64,000 nucleotides of DNA from Myxococcota bacterium (GCA_041288095.1 JBGGMJ010000211.1:32001-96000); one strand, 5' to 3'; counted from the first letter of the stretch, positions 51,477 to 60,829 are shown. Notes: a model not told the origin generated them from the letters alone. Program-made: numbers and translations.

Positions 51477-54089
51477 TCAACCGCTCTGCGCGACTCGGTC
51501 GGCGATAGTCTTGGCGAACTGGTGCACGTTCGCCATCGTGCTCATCGAGAGGACCTCATTGGCGTAGAAAATCCCGCCCTCGCCTTGGAGGTTTCGGGCG
51601 CGCTCGAAGAACTTCTCCATGCGCATGGCGTCGCCGTCGACATGAGGGAAGAACTTCCAGCGTCGGGCTTCGACGAGCTCGACCGAGGTAGCTCCGAGCT
51701 TCTCCATGTCGCCACGGATCTTGGCTACGACATCGGCGTCGCTGAGCTGCTCCGGCGCAAAGAGGTGGAAGATGCAGAGGTCGTCGTCGGGGTAGCGCTT
51801 GATCCACGCCATCGGGTGACCGGCGCGGTCCTCGCGCATGTTTTCGCGCAGGTACCCGACTTCGGCGCGCCCGTCGGCAACGCCCCGCACGCGGCAGGCG
51901 AAGGTGCTGTACGGCATGTGCTTGACCAGGCCGAAGAGCTGCTGCTGTTCGGGTGGCGCGTCGATGAATTCGAGCGACTGCTTGAGGTCGCAAGCGACGA
52001 CGACGCGATCGAAGTGTTGCTTGCCGGCGGCGGTGTGCACGATGGCGGTGCCGTCATCGCGCGACTCCAGGCGCCGCACCGGGGTCGACAGCTTGACGTC
52101 GAGGTCCTTGGCGACGCCTTCCCAGATGGGAGTCGTGCCGTGCTTCCACATGAGGAGCTCGCCGCTGCCGGCGCCGACGATGGTCTGCGGCCCGAGCATG
52201 CGCATGCCGAACACCGACGGTGTGTCGCCGGGGAAACCGTAGCCGTAACCAGTCAGATAGGTATCGAGCGCCGGCGCGAAGGCTTCGAAACCCTGGCGTG
52301 AGGCTACGATGCCGAGCGGCTCGGCGAGGTCTTCGTGGGGCACTTCGAGGCCGTCGCCGGCCTGATTACGAGCCTTGAAGTTCGTGACCATGTAGCGCAG
52401 CGCGCCGGCGTAGAACGCGGCCGTCTCCGAGAACGTGCGCGGTGGTCGGGCTTTGCCGGTCGAGAGGTCGTACTGCACCTGCTGCGGAAAGCTCGTGGTG
52501 TGCACGCCGTGCTCTAGGCCCAGCGCCACGATCCCGTCGTACATGCGTGGCACGCCCATGGTTGCGCCCATGTCGTGCTCGCGTCCGTTGAAGCGGACGG
52601 TGAAGCTCTTGCCTCCGACGCGGTCGTCGGCCTCGAGAACCGTGACGTTGGCGTAGCCCTGGCTGCGCAGATCGTGCGCAACCGAGAGGCCCGAAGGACC
52701 GGCGCCGACCACGCAGATCGCTGCGTTCTTCGCGAGCGGCTCGTCGCGTGGGGGTCGTGGCTTCGCGGCGGCATCGACCGCCTGGGTGTGCGCCTCGACC
52801 TCGTCGACACAGGCGCGGATCGCCGCCACCTGCTCGGGCGTCGCACGCAGGGCGTCGAGCTTGGCGCGGCTCGGCATCTCGCGCACCGGCTTGACGCTCG
52901 CGTCCGGTCCGCCTTTGCGGAAAACGAACTGGTCGACGTTCATGTGTCCGCTGCGGAAGCCACCGGCGATGCCCAGCAGATACATGTCCTGCATGCGCTT
53001 GAATCGGTCGTTGTAGCGCTCGCCGCGCAGCTCGGGCCAGGCGGCTTCGAAGTTCGCATGCCAGGCGAGCAACGTCTTGTCGTAGCTGTCGGTGATGCGC
53101 TGTACGTCCTCGGCCGCCCCGAACCAGTCCGCCGCCGCGGTGTCGATCTGCTCGCGCGAGGGACACAGACCGTCGCGGAAGATGTACTCGCCCATCCAGG
53201 CGTTGCAGCGCACCTTGCTCTTGGGCTCGAGGATGGCTTGCAGAGCGAAGCTGCCGCCGGGCTTCAGGCACGCCTGGGCGCATTCGAAGTAGCCGCGGAA
53301 GTTCTTGGGACCGACCGCTTCGATCATCTCGATGGAGACCACGTGATCGAAGTGGTCCTTGGGGAAGCGCTTCGCGAGGTCGCGATAGTCGCTGTAGATG
53401 AACGACACGCCGCCGATGTCCTTCGAGAGCGCGCGGGCGAGCTTGAGCTGCTCGTTCGAGATGGTGATGCCGACGACCTCGGCGCCGTAGTGCTTGGCGG
53501 CGTAGCGGGCAAAGCCGCCGAAGCCGCAGCCGATGTCGAGGACGCGGTCACCGGGCTTCAACCCCATCTTACGACACAAGAGATCGTGCTTGGCGTTCTG
53601 CGCGTCCTCGAGGGTGTAGCCGTCGGCATAGACGCCGCTGGTGTACGCCAGGGTCGGCCCGAGCATGCGCGCGTAGAGGGGGTTGCCAACGTCGTAGTGT
53701 TCCTTGGCGACGTTGGTCGAGCGCGTGATGGTCTGGCGGTTGAAGAAGATGGCGAGGGCGTCGCGGTAGAGGTGGCGTGCCGCGGCCTCGGCGAGGAGCA
53801 ACGGCGTCCGCGTGATCACGTCGGCCGTGAACAGGCGCTCCTTGGCCTTGATGGCGGTGAGCCGCGCGGTCAGCTCGTCGAGCGACTTACAGTCCCAGAG
53901 GCCGTCCATGTATGTGACGCCGAGCTGCATGTCCGGGTCACGGAGGACCCGGGCGTAGAAGCTCGGGTCGTGGACGGTGACGTCCTGAGGTGCGTTGCCG
54001 CCGATGCGGACGCCGGCAGCGGCCAGGAGCTCGGTGACGGTGCGTTGTGCGGGCGAAATAGCGCCCTTACCGACGTGTCCGTTGCTCAT
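51477..54089 (-). CDS. Fusion: cyclopropane-fatty-acyl synthase-type methyltransferase plus FAD-dependent (PUFA isomerase-like) domain
   Basis: N-half HYDVGN, VLDIGCGFGG, VSIEMIEAVG, YDKTLLAW; C-half VVGAGPSG, LEADDRVGGK, DMGATMGVP; one uninterrupted ORF. Confidence 0.85.
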   Translation of the reverse strand: MSNGHVGKGAISPAQRTVTELLAAAGVRIGGNAPQDVTVHDPSFYARVLRDPDMQLGVTYMDGLWDCKSLDELTARLTAIKAKERLFTADVITRTPLLLAEAAARHLYRDALAIFFNRQTITRSTNVAKEHYDVGNPLYARMLGPTLAYTSGVYADGYTLEDAQNAKHDLLCRKMGLKPGDRVLDIGCGFGGFARYAAKHYGAEVVGITISNEQLKLARALSKDIGGVSFIYSDYRDLAKRFPKDHFDHVVSIEMIEAVGPKNFRGYFECAQACLKPGGSFALQAILEPKSKVRCNAWMGEYIFRDGLCPSREQIDTAAADWFGAAEDVQRITDSYDKTLLAWHANFEAAWPELRGERYNDRFKRMQDMYLLGIAGGFRSGHMNVDQFVFRKGGPDASVKPVREMPSRAKLDALRATPEQVAAIRACVDEVEAHTQAVDAAAKPRPPRDEPLAKNAAICVVGAGPSGLSVAHDLRSQGYANVTVLEADDRVGGKSFTVRFNGREHDMGATMGVPRMYDGIVALGLEHGVHTTSFPQQVQYDLSTGKARPPRTFSETAAFYAGALRYMVTNFKARNQAGDGLEVPHEDLAEPLGIVASRQGFEAFAPALDTYLTGYGYGFPGDTPSVFGMRMLGPQTIVGAGSGELLMWKHGTTPIWEGVAKDLDVKLSTPVRRLESRDDGTAIVHTAAGKQHFDRVVVACDLKQSLEFIDAPPEQQQLFGLVKHMPYSTFACRVRGVADGRAEVGYLRENMREDRAGHPMAWIKRYPDDDLCIFHLFAPEQLSDADVVAKIRGDMEKLGATSVELVEARRWKFFPHVDGDAMRMEKFFERARNLQGEGGIFYANEVLSMSTMANVHQFAKTIADRVAQSG

Positions 54090-54098
54090 GGTCCTAGT

Positions 54099-54126
54099 TT
54101 TTCGGCAACCCACCCGCCGGCGGTGC
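54099..54126 (-). promoter_or_regulatory. Putative sigma-28-like promoter (GCACC-N15-GCCGAAAA)
   Basis: Shared motif ending 9 nt before ATG 54089. Confidence 0.6.
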
Positions 54127-54137
54127 GTGGACCCGCC

Positions 54138-54165
54138 GCACCGCCGCGTACCTTTTGGCCGATAA
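54138..54165 (+). promoter_or_regulatory. Putative sigma-28-like promoter (GCACC-N15-GCCGATAA)
   Basis: Perfect sigma-28 -10 consensus; back-to-back with the minus-strand copy. Confidence 0.65.
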
Positions 54166-55080
54166 ATGGTCGTCTTGGTCGCTATCGAGCGAAATTCCCC
54201 CGTTCAGACCGCCGGATCGCCGCCGCCAGGGCCCGAAAGCGCCATTCTGGCACCGACCAAGGCCGCGCCCGCCGCGCTCCCTGATCTGCCCAAGCGCCCG
54301 GAATCGTGGGGCCCGTTCCTCTACAAGGAGGACCGTCTGCCCACCGCCGTGGTCGCGGCGGGGGTCGCCCTATCGCTCGCGCCCTTCCTGGTGCCGATGA
54401 GCGCCGGGACCATCGCCTGTCTCCTGCCGGTCGCTCTGGCGGCGCGGGTCATGGCCCCGGTGCATCAGCACCACCACGCCCACCTCAAGGTCTTCACCAA
54501 CCGCTGGCTCAACAAGCTCTACGACACCGTGCTCATGCTCGGCGGCGGTAACGTCACGACCGGATGGGAGATGCAGCACTGCCGCGGCCATCACACCCAG
54601 TATCTCGACCACGAGAAGGACGTCGCCGGGTCCATGCGCTTCACGAAGAGTGGTCCGTTCCGGCGGATCATCTACACGGTGCTGGGTGATGCGAGCTCGC
54701 TGCGCGATGCCTGGAAGATCGCCGGCCAGAGCCGCGACCCCGGCAAAGTCCGCCGCCGGCTCGCCGGCGAGGTCGCCCTGCAGGTCGCGGTGAACGGTGC
54801 GCTGCTCGCCATCAATCCGCCCCTGGCGCTTGCGACCATCATCCTGCCCAACGTGCTCCTGCGCTGGATGGTCTTCTGGAAGTCATTCGACCAGCACGAC
54901 GCCGCGCCGGGCAACGATGTTTACGACGGCTCGGTGAACGTCTCGGGGCGCATCCAGGAGCTCTTCCTGAACGTCGGCCACCACACGGCGCATCACAAGA
55001 AGCCGACACTCCACTGGTCACGGCTGCCGGAGCTGACCGACCAGATCAAAGACAAGATCCCCACGGTGCTCATGCGCTAG
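54166..55080 (+). CDS. Membrane fatty acid desaturase family protein
   Basis: Three His boxes HQHHHAH, HCRGHH and HHTAHH plus hydrophobic segments; real start may be TTG 54175. Confidence 0.88.
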   Translation: MVVLVAIERNSPVQTAGSPPPGPESAILAPTKAAPAALPDLPKRPESWGPFLYKEDRLPTAVVAAGVALSLAPFLVPMSAGTIACLLPVALAARVMAPVHQHHHAHLKVFTNRWLNKLYDTVLMLGGGNVTTGWEMQHCRGHHTQYLDHEKDVAGSMRFTKSGPFRRIIYTVLGDASSLRDAWKIAGQSRDPGKVRRRLAGEVALQVAVNGALLAINPPLALATIILPNVLLRWMVFWKSFDQHDAAPGNDVYDGSVNVSGRIQELFLNVGHHTAHHKKPTLHWSRLPELTDQIKDKIPTVLMR

Positions 55081-56557
55081 ACATCACGCGCCTCACCGTC
55101 GCGCGATCGACGAGGCGGATGAACCCGACCCCCACGGCAATCAAGGCGAGCCACACCACGACGTCGCCAGCGCGCACATAGACGGTCAACGAGTCGCGCA
55201 AGCCGACATCACCGGTGAGCACGGTTTGCTCACCCAGGGACGTCTGGCCACGCACCCGGCCGCGCGGATCGATGATGGTCGAGATACCGGTGTTGGTCGC
55301 GCGGGCCACCCAGCGATCGGTTTCGACGGCACGCAACACGTACGCGTCGCGGTGCTGGTACGGCCCGCTCGAGGCGCCATACCAGGCGTCGTTGGTGATA
55401 TTCACGAGCAGACGCGACCCGTGCAGCGCGAGATTGCGACTGATGGCGGGGAAGATTCCGTCATAGCACACAAGCGCGCCCGCCTGCATGGTGCCGATGG
55501 GATCGGTGCGGCGCCCGGCGCTCACCTCGCCCAGCTCGGGAACGATCGCGCTGACGGCCAAGAGACGCGCCAGCGGCACGTACTCTCCGAACGGCACCAA
55601 GGCGATCTTGTCGTGACGGCCGAGCACGGTGCCGTCCGGGCCGACCGCGAAAGCGGAGTTCGTCACGACGCTGCCGCCGTCCTCGAAGCGCAGGGTCGCC
55701 GCGCCCACGATCATGGGCACCGTGCCGGTCGCGAACGGGAACAAGGCGATGCGGGGATCGGGCCGGCCGGGCCACGCTGCCTCCGGCCAGACGACGAGCT
55801 GCGCGCCCTCGCCTTGCGCGCGCTTACTCAGCTCCTCGTAGGTCGCACGAATGGTCACGGCATTGTCGAGGTCGCGGTTCTTGATGTCCTGGGCGATGTT
55901 GCCCTGCAAGAGCCCCACGCGCAGCGTCTGCCCATCGGTGCCGGGATAGAACATGCGTATGCCGCCGGCGAGATGAATGAGCGCGACGAGGAGCCCTACC
56001 ACCGCGCTCGACCAGGGTCGGCCGCGCATGTCGCCGATAGCCGCGCCACAGAGCGCCACCACCGCGGTGACGGCGTGGCTACCGCCCACGGCGGCAAGCT
56101 GCACCAGCGGCAGATCGCGCGCCATCGCCCAGCTCCACTCGCCCCAGGGAAACGCGGCGATGACCCAGCCGCGCAACCAATCCACCGTGAGCACCGCCGC
56201 CGCGAACGCGAGATACGGGTGCACCACGCGCACCGCTAACGCGGACAGTCGGGGAATGAGCGCCCAGTACGCGGCGCAATAGGCCACGAGCAACACCAAG
56301 GCAGGCAGCGCTTGCCAGGGCGGCATGCCGCCGTAGCGGATCATGGCGATCGACAACCACCAGAGAAGCACCGAGAAGAAGCCGAGCCCCGCGGCGAAAG
56401 GCTCTCGTCCGCGATAGAGGTAAGCGACGCCGGCCAGCAGGAAGACCTCGCGAGGCAGCCACTCGAAGAGCGGCCCATCGCCGAACCCGGGCACGGCGAA
56501 TGGGAAGGCCAGGGCCGAGAGGGCTCCGACCATCAAACCGAAGAGAATGCGGGTCAC
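55070..56557 (-). CDS. lnt: Apolipoprotein N-acyltransferase
   Basis: FPW, QGNI, VWPE, K..LVPFGEYVP, CYDGIF, NITNDAWYG and RATNTGIS motifs. Confidence 0.96.
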   Translation of the reverse strand: MTRILFGLMVGALSALAFPFAVPGFGDGPLFEWLPREVFLLAGVAYLYRGREPFAAGLGFFSVLLWWLSIAMIRYGGMPPWQALPALVLLVAYCAAYWALIPRLSALAVRVVHPYLAFAAAVLTVDWLRGWVIAAFPWGEWSWAMARDLPLVQLAAVGGSHAVTAVVALCGAAIGDMRGRPWSSAVVGLLVALIHLAGGIRMFYPGTDGQTLRVGLLQGNIAQDIKNRDLDNAVTIRATYEELSKRAQGEGAQLVVWPEAAWPGRPDPRIALFPFATGTVPMIVGAATLRFEDGGSVVTNSAFAVGPDGTVLGRHDKIALVPFGEYVPLARLLAVSAIVPELGEVSAGRRTDPIGTMQAGALVCYDGIFPAISRNLALHGSRLLVNITNDAWYGASSGPYQHRDAYVLRAVETDRWVARATNTGISTIIDPRGRVRGQTSLGEQTVLTGDVGLRDSLTVYVRAGDVVVWLALIAVGVGFIRLVDRATVRRVMSSA

Positions 56558-56636
56558 TCCGGGGTGGGTACGCCATTGGCGTGCTCGCTTCCAGCCGTGT
56601 GTTACCTTCTTGTGTCCGGAGAGGGGCCGCTCCGGG

Positions 56637-58409
56637 ATGAAAGGTACCTCTTCGATGCTACTCGCTTGCTTGCGTGGGCGTGCTTGTCGCGGTGGATTCT
56701 TGATAGCGGCGTTGACGGTGGCGGGATGTGACGGTGACGACGGGCGCAATGGCCGCGATGGCGTTGACGGCGTCGACGGCACCAACGGCACGCCTGGCCA
56801 GGACGGCAGCGCCGGTTCGAGCTGCACGACTTCACAGAACGCGGCCGGCGATACCGTCATCAGTTGCACCGACGGCACCAGCGTCACCATCGACGCCAGC
56901 GGCAACGTCGTACCGCCGCCGCCCGTGGGTCTCGATCACCAGGCACAACAGCTGGTGCTGTCGGTCGACGTTCAGGCCGCTTACAACGGCACGACCATGT
57001 TCTGGCGCACGCGCTTCAAAGGTAACGAGGGCAAGTACCAAGACTATTATCACTTCACGGGCGGTCGCTGGACGCTCGAAGGCCGCTCGCGGCGCGACAC
57101 GGCGGCCAGCCTGCGCAACCCCACCGATCCGCGCCAAGGGGACATCGACCCCGCGGTCGCCAATACGCATGAGTCGCGGATCGCGCTCATGTTCCATGAC
57201 CCGGCGAACCCCAAGGTCCAGCACTTCGAGAAGTACGGCTGCTTCATGACCTGCCATGACCGTCTGCGGCAGATGCCGCGCTGGACCAGCTCCGATGGCG
57301 ACCGCACCAAATACATTCGCTTCGATGACTCGGCGAATTGGTGGGACAAGCCGGTGGAAGCGAGCATCACGGTCGCGGGCACGCCGGTGCTCGACCTCTG
57401 GCATTGGCGGGCGCACCGCGGCCATTTGATTGGCGCCGCCGACGACCAGACGGTGACCGCTGTCCGCGAGGCCGACAATGCGACGTCCGCGACGGCGGGC
57501 GCCGGCCGCAAGAGCGATGCGGGCACGGCCGTCGTAAGCACGCAGAACCGCGTCGATGGCGGCGCCGGCACGTGCGTGGGGAGCGGCACTCAGCTCTGCA
57601 CCGAGTTCGTCCTCGATCCGCTGACGACCGGCGGCAAGTTCGTCTTCAAGTGGGAAGACTTCTTCAGAACGCCCTCGTTCTACATGACCACCGAAGCGGA
57701 TGCGCAGACCGGGCCGCTGGCGCCGAATCCGACGCGTCTCGCCTGGGCTCAGGCGGTTGCCGGCGGCTACACGCCGAGTGAAGGCGACACCGTTCCCCGC
57801 CGCATCCTGCGCGCCGGCTCGGGCAGCGCCGCCGACATCAAGGACACCGGCACCACCTTCACGCGCCTGTCGCAATACGACGACTATGGCTTGTGGGACG
57901 TGCGCATGAGCCGCGCCTTGACCACCGCCAACGCCGACGACGTCGACTTCACCGACGGCAACACGTACCACGTCGGCATCTCGTCGCATCTCTGGGAGTA
58001 CGGCGGTCGCGACCACTATGCATCGCTCCCCTACTCGGTCGAGCTCACGGGCGCGGACCCCAGCGGCTCTGTCGCCGACATCAAAGCGGTACTCTTCGTG
58101 GGTACGACGCCCGATTGGGCGACCGTGCCGACGTTCCGTGCTTACCTCGTGCAGCCGGGCATCATGTCCTGGGACTTCCTCGTCGGCAATCTCACCGCGG
58201 CGACGTACAACGACCCGCTCACGGGCGACCCCGTCGACAACACACACGAAGGGGCCGACGAAATGCGGGCAGCGACGCACACGTGCGCCGATTGCCACAC
58301 GGTGACCGAGGCGCAAGACCGCGCCACGCCGAGCACGGGCGGTTCGCTGGAGAAGACCATGCCGCAGCGCAAAGGCATCTTCTCCCTGACGCCGTTGCCG
58401 CCACTGTAA
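56637..58409 (+). CDS. Lipoprotein cytochrome c with ethylbenzene-dehydrogenase-gamma/DOMON-like domain and collagen-like stalk
   Basis: VAGC lipobox, G-X-Y repeats, AAYNG..MFW, ESRIALMF, CFMTCH, LDLWHWRAHR and CADCH; start may be 56655. Confidence 0.72.
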   Translation: MKGTSSMLLACLRGRACRGGFLIAALTVAGCDGDDGRNGRDGVDGVDGTNGTPGQDGSAGSSCTTSQNAAGDTVISCTDGTSVTIDASGNVVPPPPVGLDHQAQQLVLSVDVQAAYNGTTMFWRTRFKGNEGKYQDYYHFTGGRWTLEGRSRRDTAASLRNPTDPRQGDIDPAVANTHESRIALMFHDPANPKVQHFEKYGCFMTCHDRLRQMPRWTSSDGDRTKYIRFDDSANWWDKPVEASITVAGTPVLDLWHWRAHRGHLIGAADDQTVTAVREADNATSATAGAGRKSDAGTAVVSTQNRVDGGAGTCVGSGTQLCTEFVLDPLTTGGKFVFKWEDFFRTPSFYMTTEADAQTGPLAPNPTRLAWAQAVAGGYTPSEGDTVPRRILRAGSGSAADIKDTGTTFTRLSQYDDYGLWDVRMSRALTTANADDVDFTDGNTYHVGISSHLWEYGGRDHYASLPYSVELTGADPSGSVADIKAVLFVGTTPDWATVPTFRAYLVQPGIMSWDFLVGNLTAATYNDPLTGDPVDNTHEGADEMRAATHTCADCHTVTEAQDRATPSTGGSLEKTMPQRKGIFSLTPLPPL

Positions 58410-58415
58410 GCGACG

Positions 58416-58781
58416 CTAGGCGCCGAGGACCTTTTTGATGCCGGCGAGCAAGGCGTCGGGCTTGTACGGCTTGACGATCCAGGCCGTCGCGCCGGCGGCC
58501 TTACCCCGCTGAGCCGACTCCATGGCCGCGTCGGTGGTGAGGACGAAGATCGGCGTCTTGGCGTGCGCGGGGATCTGACGCACCTGACGGATCATCTCGA
58601 GGCCGTCCATCATGGGCATGTTCATGTCGACGATGATGAGATCGATGGCGCTGCGTTGCGCGAGGGTCACGCCGCCGATGCCGTCTTGAGCCTCGACGAC
58701 ACCGAAGCCGCGGCCCTCCAGAAAAACGCGTAGCTGTTGGCGTACGGTCGCAGAGTCGTCGACCACCATGATCTGTTTCAT
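58416..58781 (-). CDS. Single-domain response regulator, CheY-like
   Basis: VVDDS, DMNMPMMDG, LTT and GATAWIVKP motifs. Confidence 0.92.
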   Translation of the reverse strand: MKQIMVVDDSATVRQQLRVFLEGRGFGVVEAQDGIGGVTLAQRSAIDLIIVDMNMPMMDGLEMIRQVRQIPAHAKTPIFVLTTDAAMESAQRGKAAGATAWIVKPYKPDALLAGIKKVLGA

Positions 58782-58788
58782 GAGCTCC

Positions 58789-59886
58789 TCAGGGGCATGA
58801 CACGAGGTTGGCGATCCATTCGCGAATGACATCGGCCGAGGGGTCCAACGTAAACGAGCCCAGCGGCGGCATCGTCGTCTCCAGCGGATCGGGCACTTCG
58901 GCGATCTCGTGCACCGTCGTCCAGAGCGGAGAGCCGTTCGGGTTGCGTGGTGTCACCTTGCTGCAAATCGCCGAATCGAGGAGCGACGTATCCCAGCGCA
59001 TGTCGAGCACACTCGATACCACGGAGCCGCCCGGTTGATGGCAGTGCGCGCAATTGATGTGCAGATAACTGCGCATGCGCTCGTAGGTAGGCACGGCACT
59101 ATCGGTGCTCGAAACCAGCGCGGGCAGCGTCGCTATCGCGGACTCCTCCGGCGGCGTGGTGAACAGGCCTATGTGCCCAATGGCGCGGATCTGGTTGTCG
59201 ACCACGCCCGCGTAGTCGAAGTCCATGTTCATGGTCGGCGTGTGGAGGCCAATCACGGAGCCGGCCTCCGCGGGATGGCACCGCAAGCAGTTGACGCGCG
59301 AGGGGAACAGATGCCGATGCGTCCCGGCCGGTAGATCGTAGGAGCCGACCTCTTGCGTCGCGAGCAGATCGGCATCGCTGCCGTCTTCACGCCAGCGATA
59401 GGTGTAGCCCCGCCAACGGTCAGGGTCGCGCAGGAAAAAGCGTGTCTCGAGCAGCCGTGCGCTGGTGTCGTCGCCGGGCACGACGTTGACGTAGAACTCC
59501 TTCATGATGATGGTGCCGACCGGCATGATCCACGCGCCCGTCGTCGTGAAGCCGATGGTCGTGCCCGCCGGGATCGCGAAGTAGCGCTTCTTGTGCTCGC
59601 CGTCGGTCCACAGATGGATGCGCAGGTCATACGGGACGAATTCGGCGGCCGGCGTGTGCGCCGCGAGGTTGGCGTAGCAGTTGGTCTGCGAAACCAGCGG
59701 CGAGAGTAATGGCGGTTGTCCCGGTACCGGCGTCTGCACGACGCAGCTCACGGTGTCGACCCGCGCGGTTAGGCCATAAGGCTTGGGGCCGTCGTCATGT
59801 GTGTCCTGGTCGGTGTCGCCACCACCACCCGGGGAAGGGCTGCAGGCGGCAAGCAAGAGGACCAACGGGCAACACCAACGCTTCAC
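58789..59886 (-). CDS. Diheme c-type cytochrome lipoprotein (SO2930-like)
   Basis: LAAC lipobox, PY....LWTDG..K.R, PVGTIIMKEF, ETR, CLRCH, RSYLHINCAHCH and MPPLG motifs. Confidence 0.82.
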   Translation of the reverse strand: MKRWCCPLVLLLAACSPSPGGGGDTDQDTHDDGPKPYGLTARVDTVSCVVQTPVPGQPPLLSPLVSQTNCYANLAAHTPAAEFVPYDLRIHLWTDGEHKKRYFAIPAGTTIGFTTTGAWIMPVGTIIMKEFYVNVVPGDDTSARLLETRFFLRDPDRWRGYTYRWREDGSDADLLATQEVGSYDLPAGTHRHLFPSRVNCLRCHPAEAGSVIGLHTPTMNMDFDYAGVVDNQIRAIGHIGLFTTPPEESAIATLPALVSSTDSAVPTYERMRSYLHINCAHCHQPGGSVVSSVLDMRWDTSLLDSAICSKVTPRNPNGSPLWTTVHEIAEVPDPLETTMPPLGSFTLDPSADVIREWIANLVSCP

Positions 59887-59956
59887 ACCATCTTTGTCGT
59901 CGTGCGGCGACTGTTGTGCAAGCTCGGCGAGCCGCATCGTGGTAATTTCAAGACAC

Positions 59957-60829
59957 GTGTCACTTCCGAAGCAGGCGGTGCTGATCGGGCCCGCGAACGA
60001 CGTTCGCAAGGCAGTCCAGGAGCGGCTGGCGGCGCTCGGGTTGCGGTGTGTCGTCGATGAAGGCGGCCGCGCCGAGAGCGTCCTCCGCACCACGCGACGG
60101 GTCGTCTTGGTGCTCATCGATGGCCGTAGCGCCATCGAGAATGTTGCCTGGGTGAAGTGGGCGAAAGACGCACATCCGCAAGCCGCAATCGCTTGGTTGC
60201 CGCCGGCGAAGAACGCTCCGGGAGAGTTGCGTGCGCTGGTCACCAAGGTCATCGACGAGACCCAACCGCAGCCCGTGCTCCGCGCCGCCGAGCTCACCCT
60301 CTCTTCCGCCCTCTTCCCACCCAAGCTCGTCGGAGTGTTGCGCGAGGCGGCCCAGGTAACGTTGCAGGAGCAGTTCAAGGTGACGCTGCCGCCAGCTCCG
60401 GCCGAGCTGCGTGGCGACTACGAGCCGCGTGACGAGGTCGCCGTCGCCGTCGCCTTCAACAGCGCGGCGCTGACTGGACATCTCACGCTGTTCGCTACCG
60501 CGGTCATGCTCGAAGAGCTGATGGTCGACGCCCATCGCACGCGCTCACCGGGTGAGGAGATCGCCGTCGAGCTCGCGAACCTCGTCGCCGGACACATGCG
60601 CAGCTTGTTGCTGCGCAGCCTCTCGGATTTCAGTTACAAAATCCCCGTGCGTTGGTCCGCCTCGAGCCGGGCGAGCATGGGGCCGCCGCCCGCGCTCGTG
60701 CTACCCGTGAGCCGCGGCACCCAGCGGCTCTGGCTCGAGCTGCGGCTCAATCACTTGGACGGGGAAGCGTTGAACCAGGTCAGCGAGCAAACGATTCTGC
60801 CAACGGGCTCTCTGAGCTTTCTCGAATGA
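59957..60829 (+). CDS. CheX-like domain protein with degenerate receiver-like N-terminus
   Basis: ELANLVAG (ExxN) motif preceded by G-containing beta strand; start approximate. Confidence 0.55.
   Translation: MSLPKQAVLIGPANDVRKAVQERLAALGLRCVVDEGGRAESVLRTTRRVVLVLIDGRSAIENVAWVKWAKDAHPQAAIAWLPPAKNAPGELRALVTKVIDETQPQPVLRAAELTLSSALFPPKLVGVLREAAQVTLQEQFKVTLPPAPAELRGDYEPRDEVAVAVAFNSAALTGHLTLFATAVMLEELMVDAHRTRSPGEEIAVELANLVAGHMRSLLLRSLSDFSYKIPVRWSASSRASMGPPPALVLPVSRGTQRLWLELRLNHLDGEALNQVSEQTILPTGSLSFLE

Noticed and set aside
52575..54284. 569-aa plus-strand ORF and many similar long antisense ORFs (e.g. 38383-39774, 12771-14015, 46493-47977)
   Set aside because: Shadow frames of well-supported genes, expected in high-GC DNA with few stop codons; no motifs of their own.
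59887..60378. Long N-terminal extension of the diheme cytochrome ORF
   Set aside because: Antisense to the CheX-like gene; the lipoprotein signal begins at GTG 59886.
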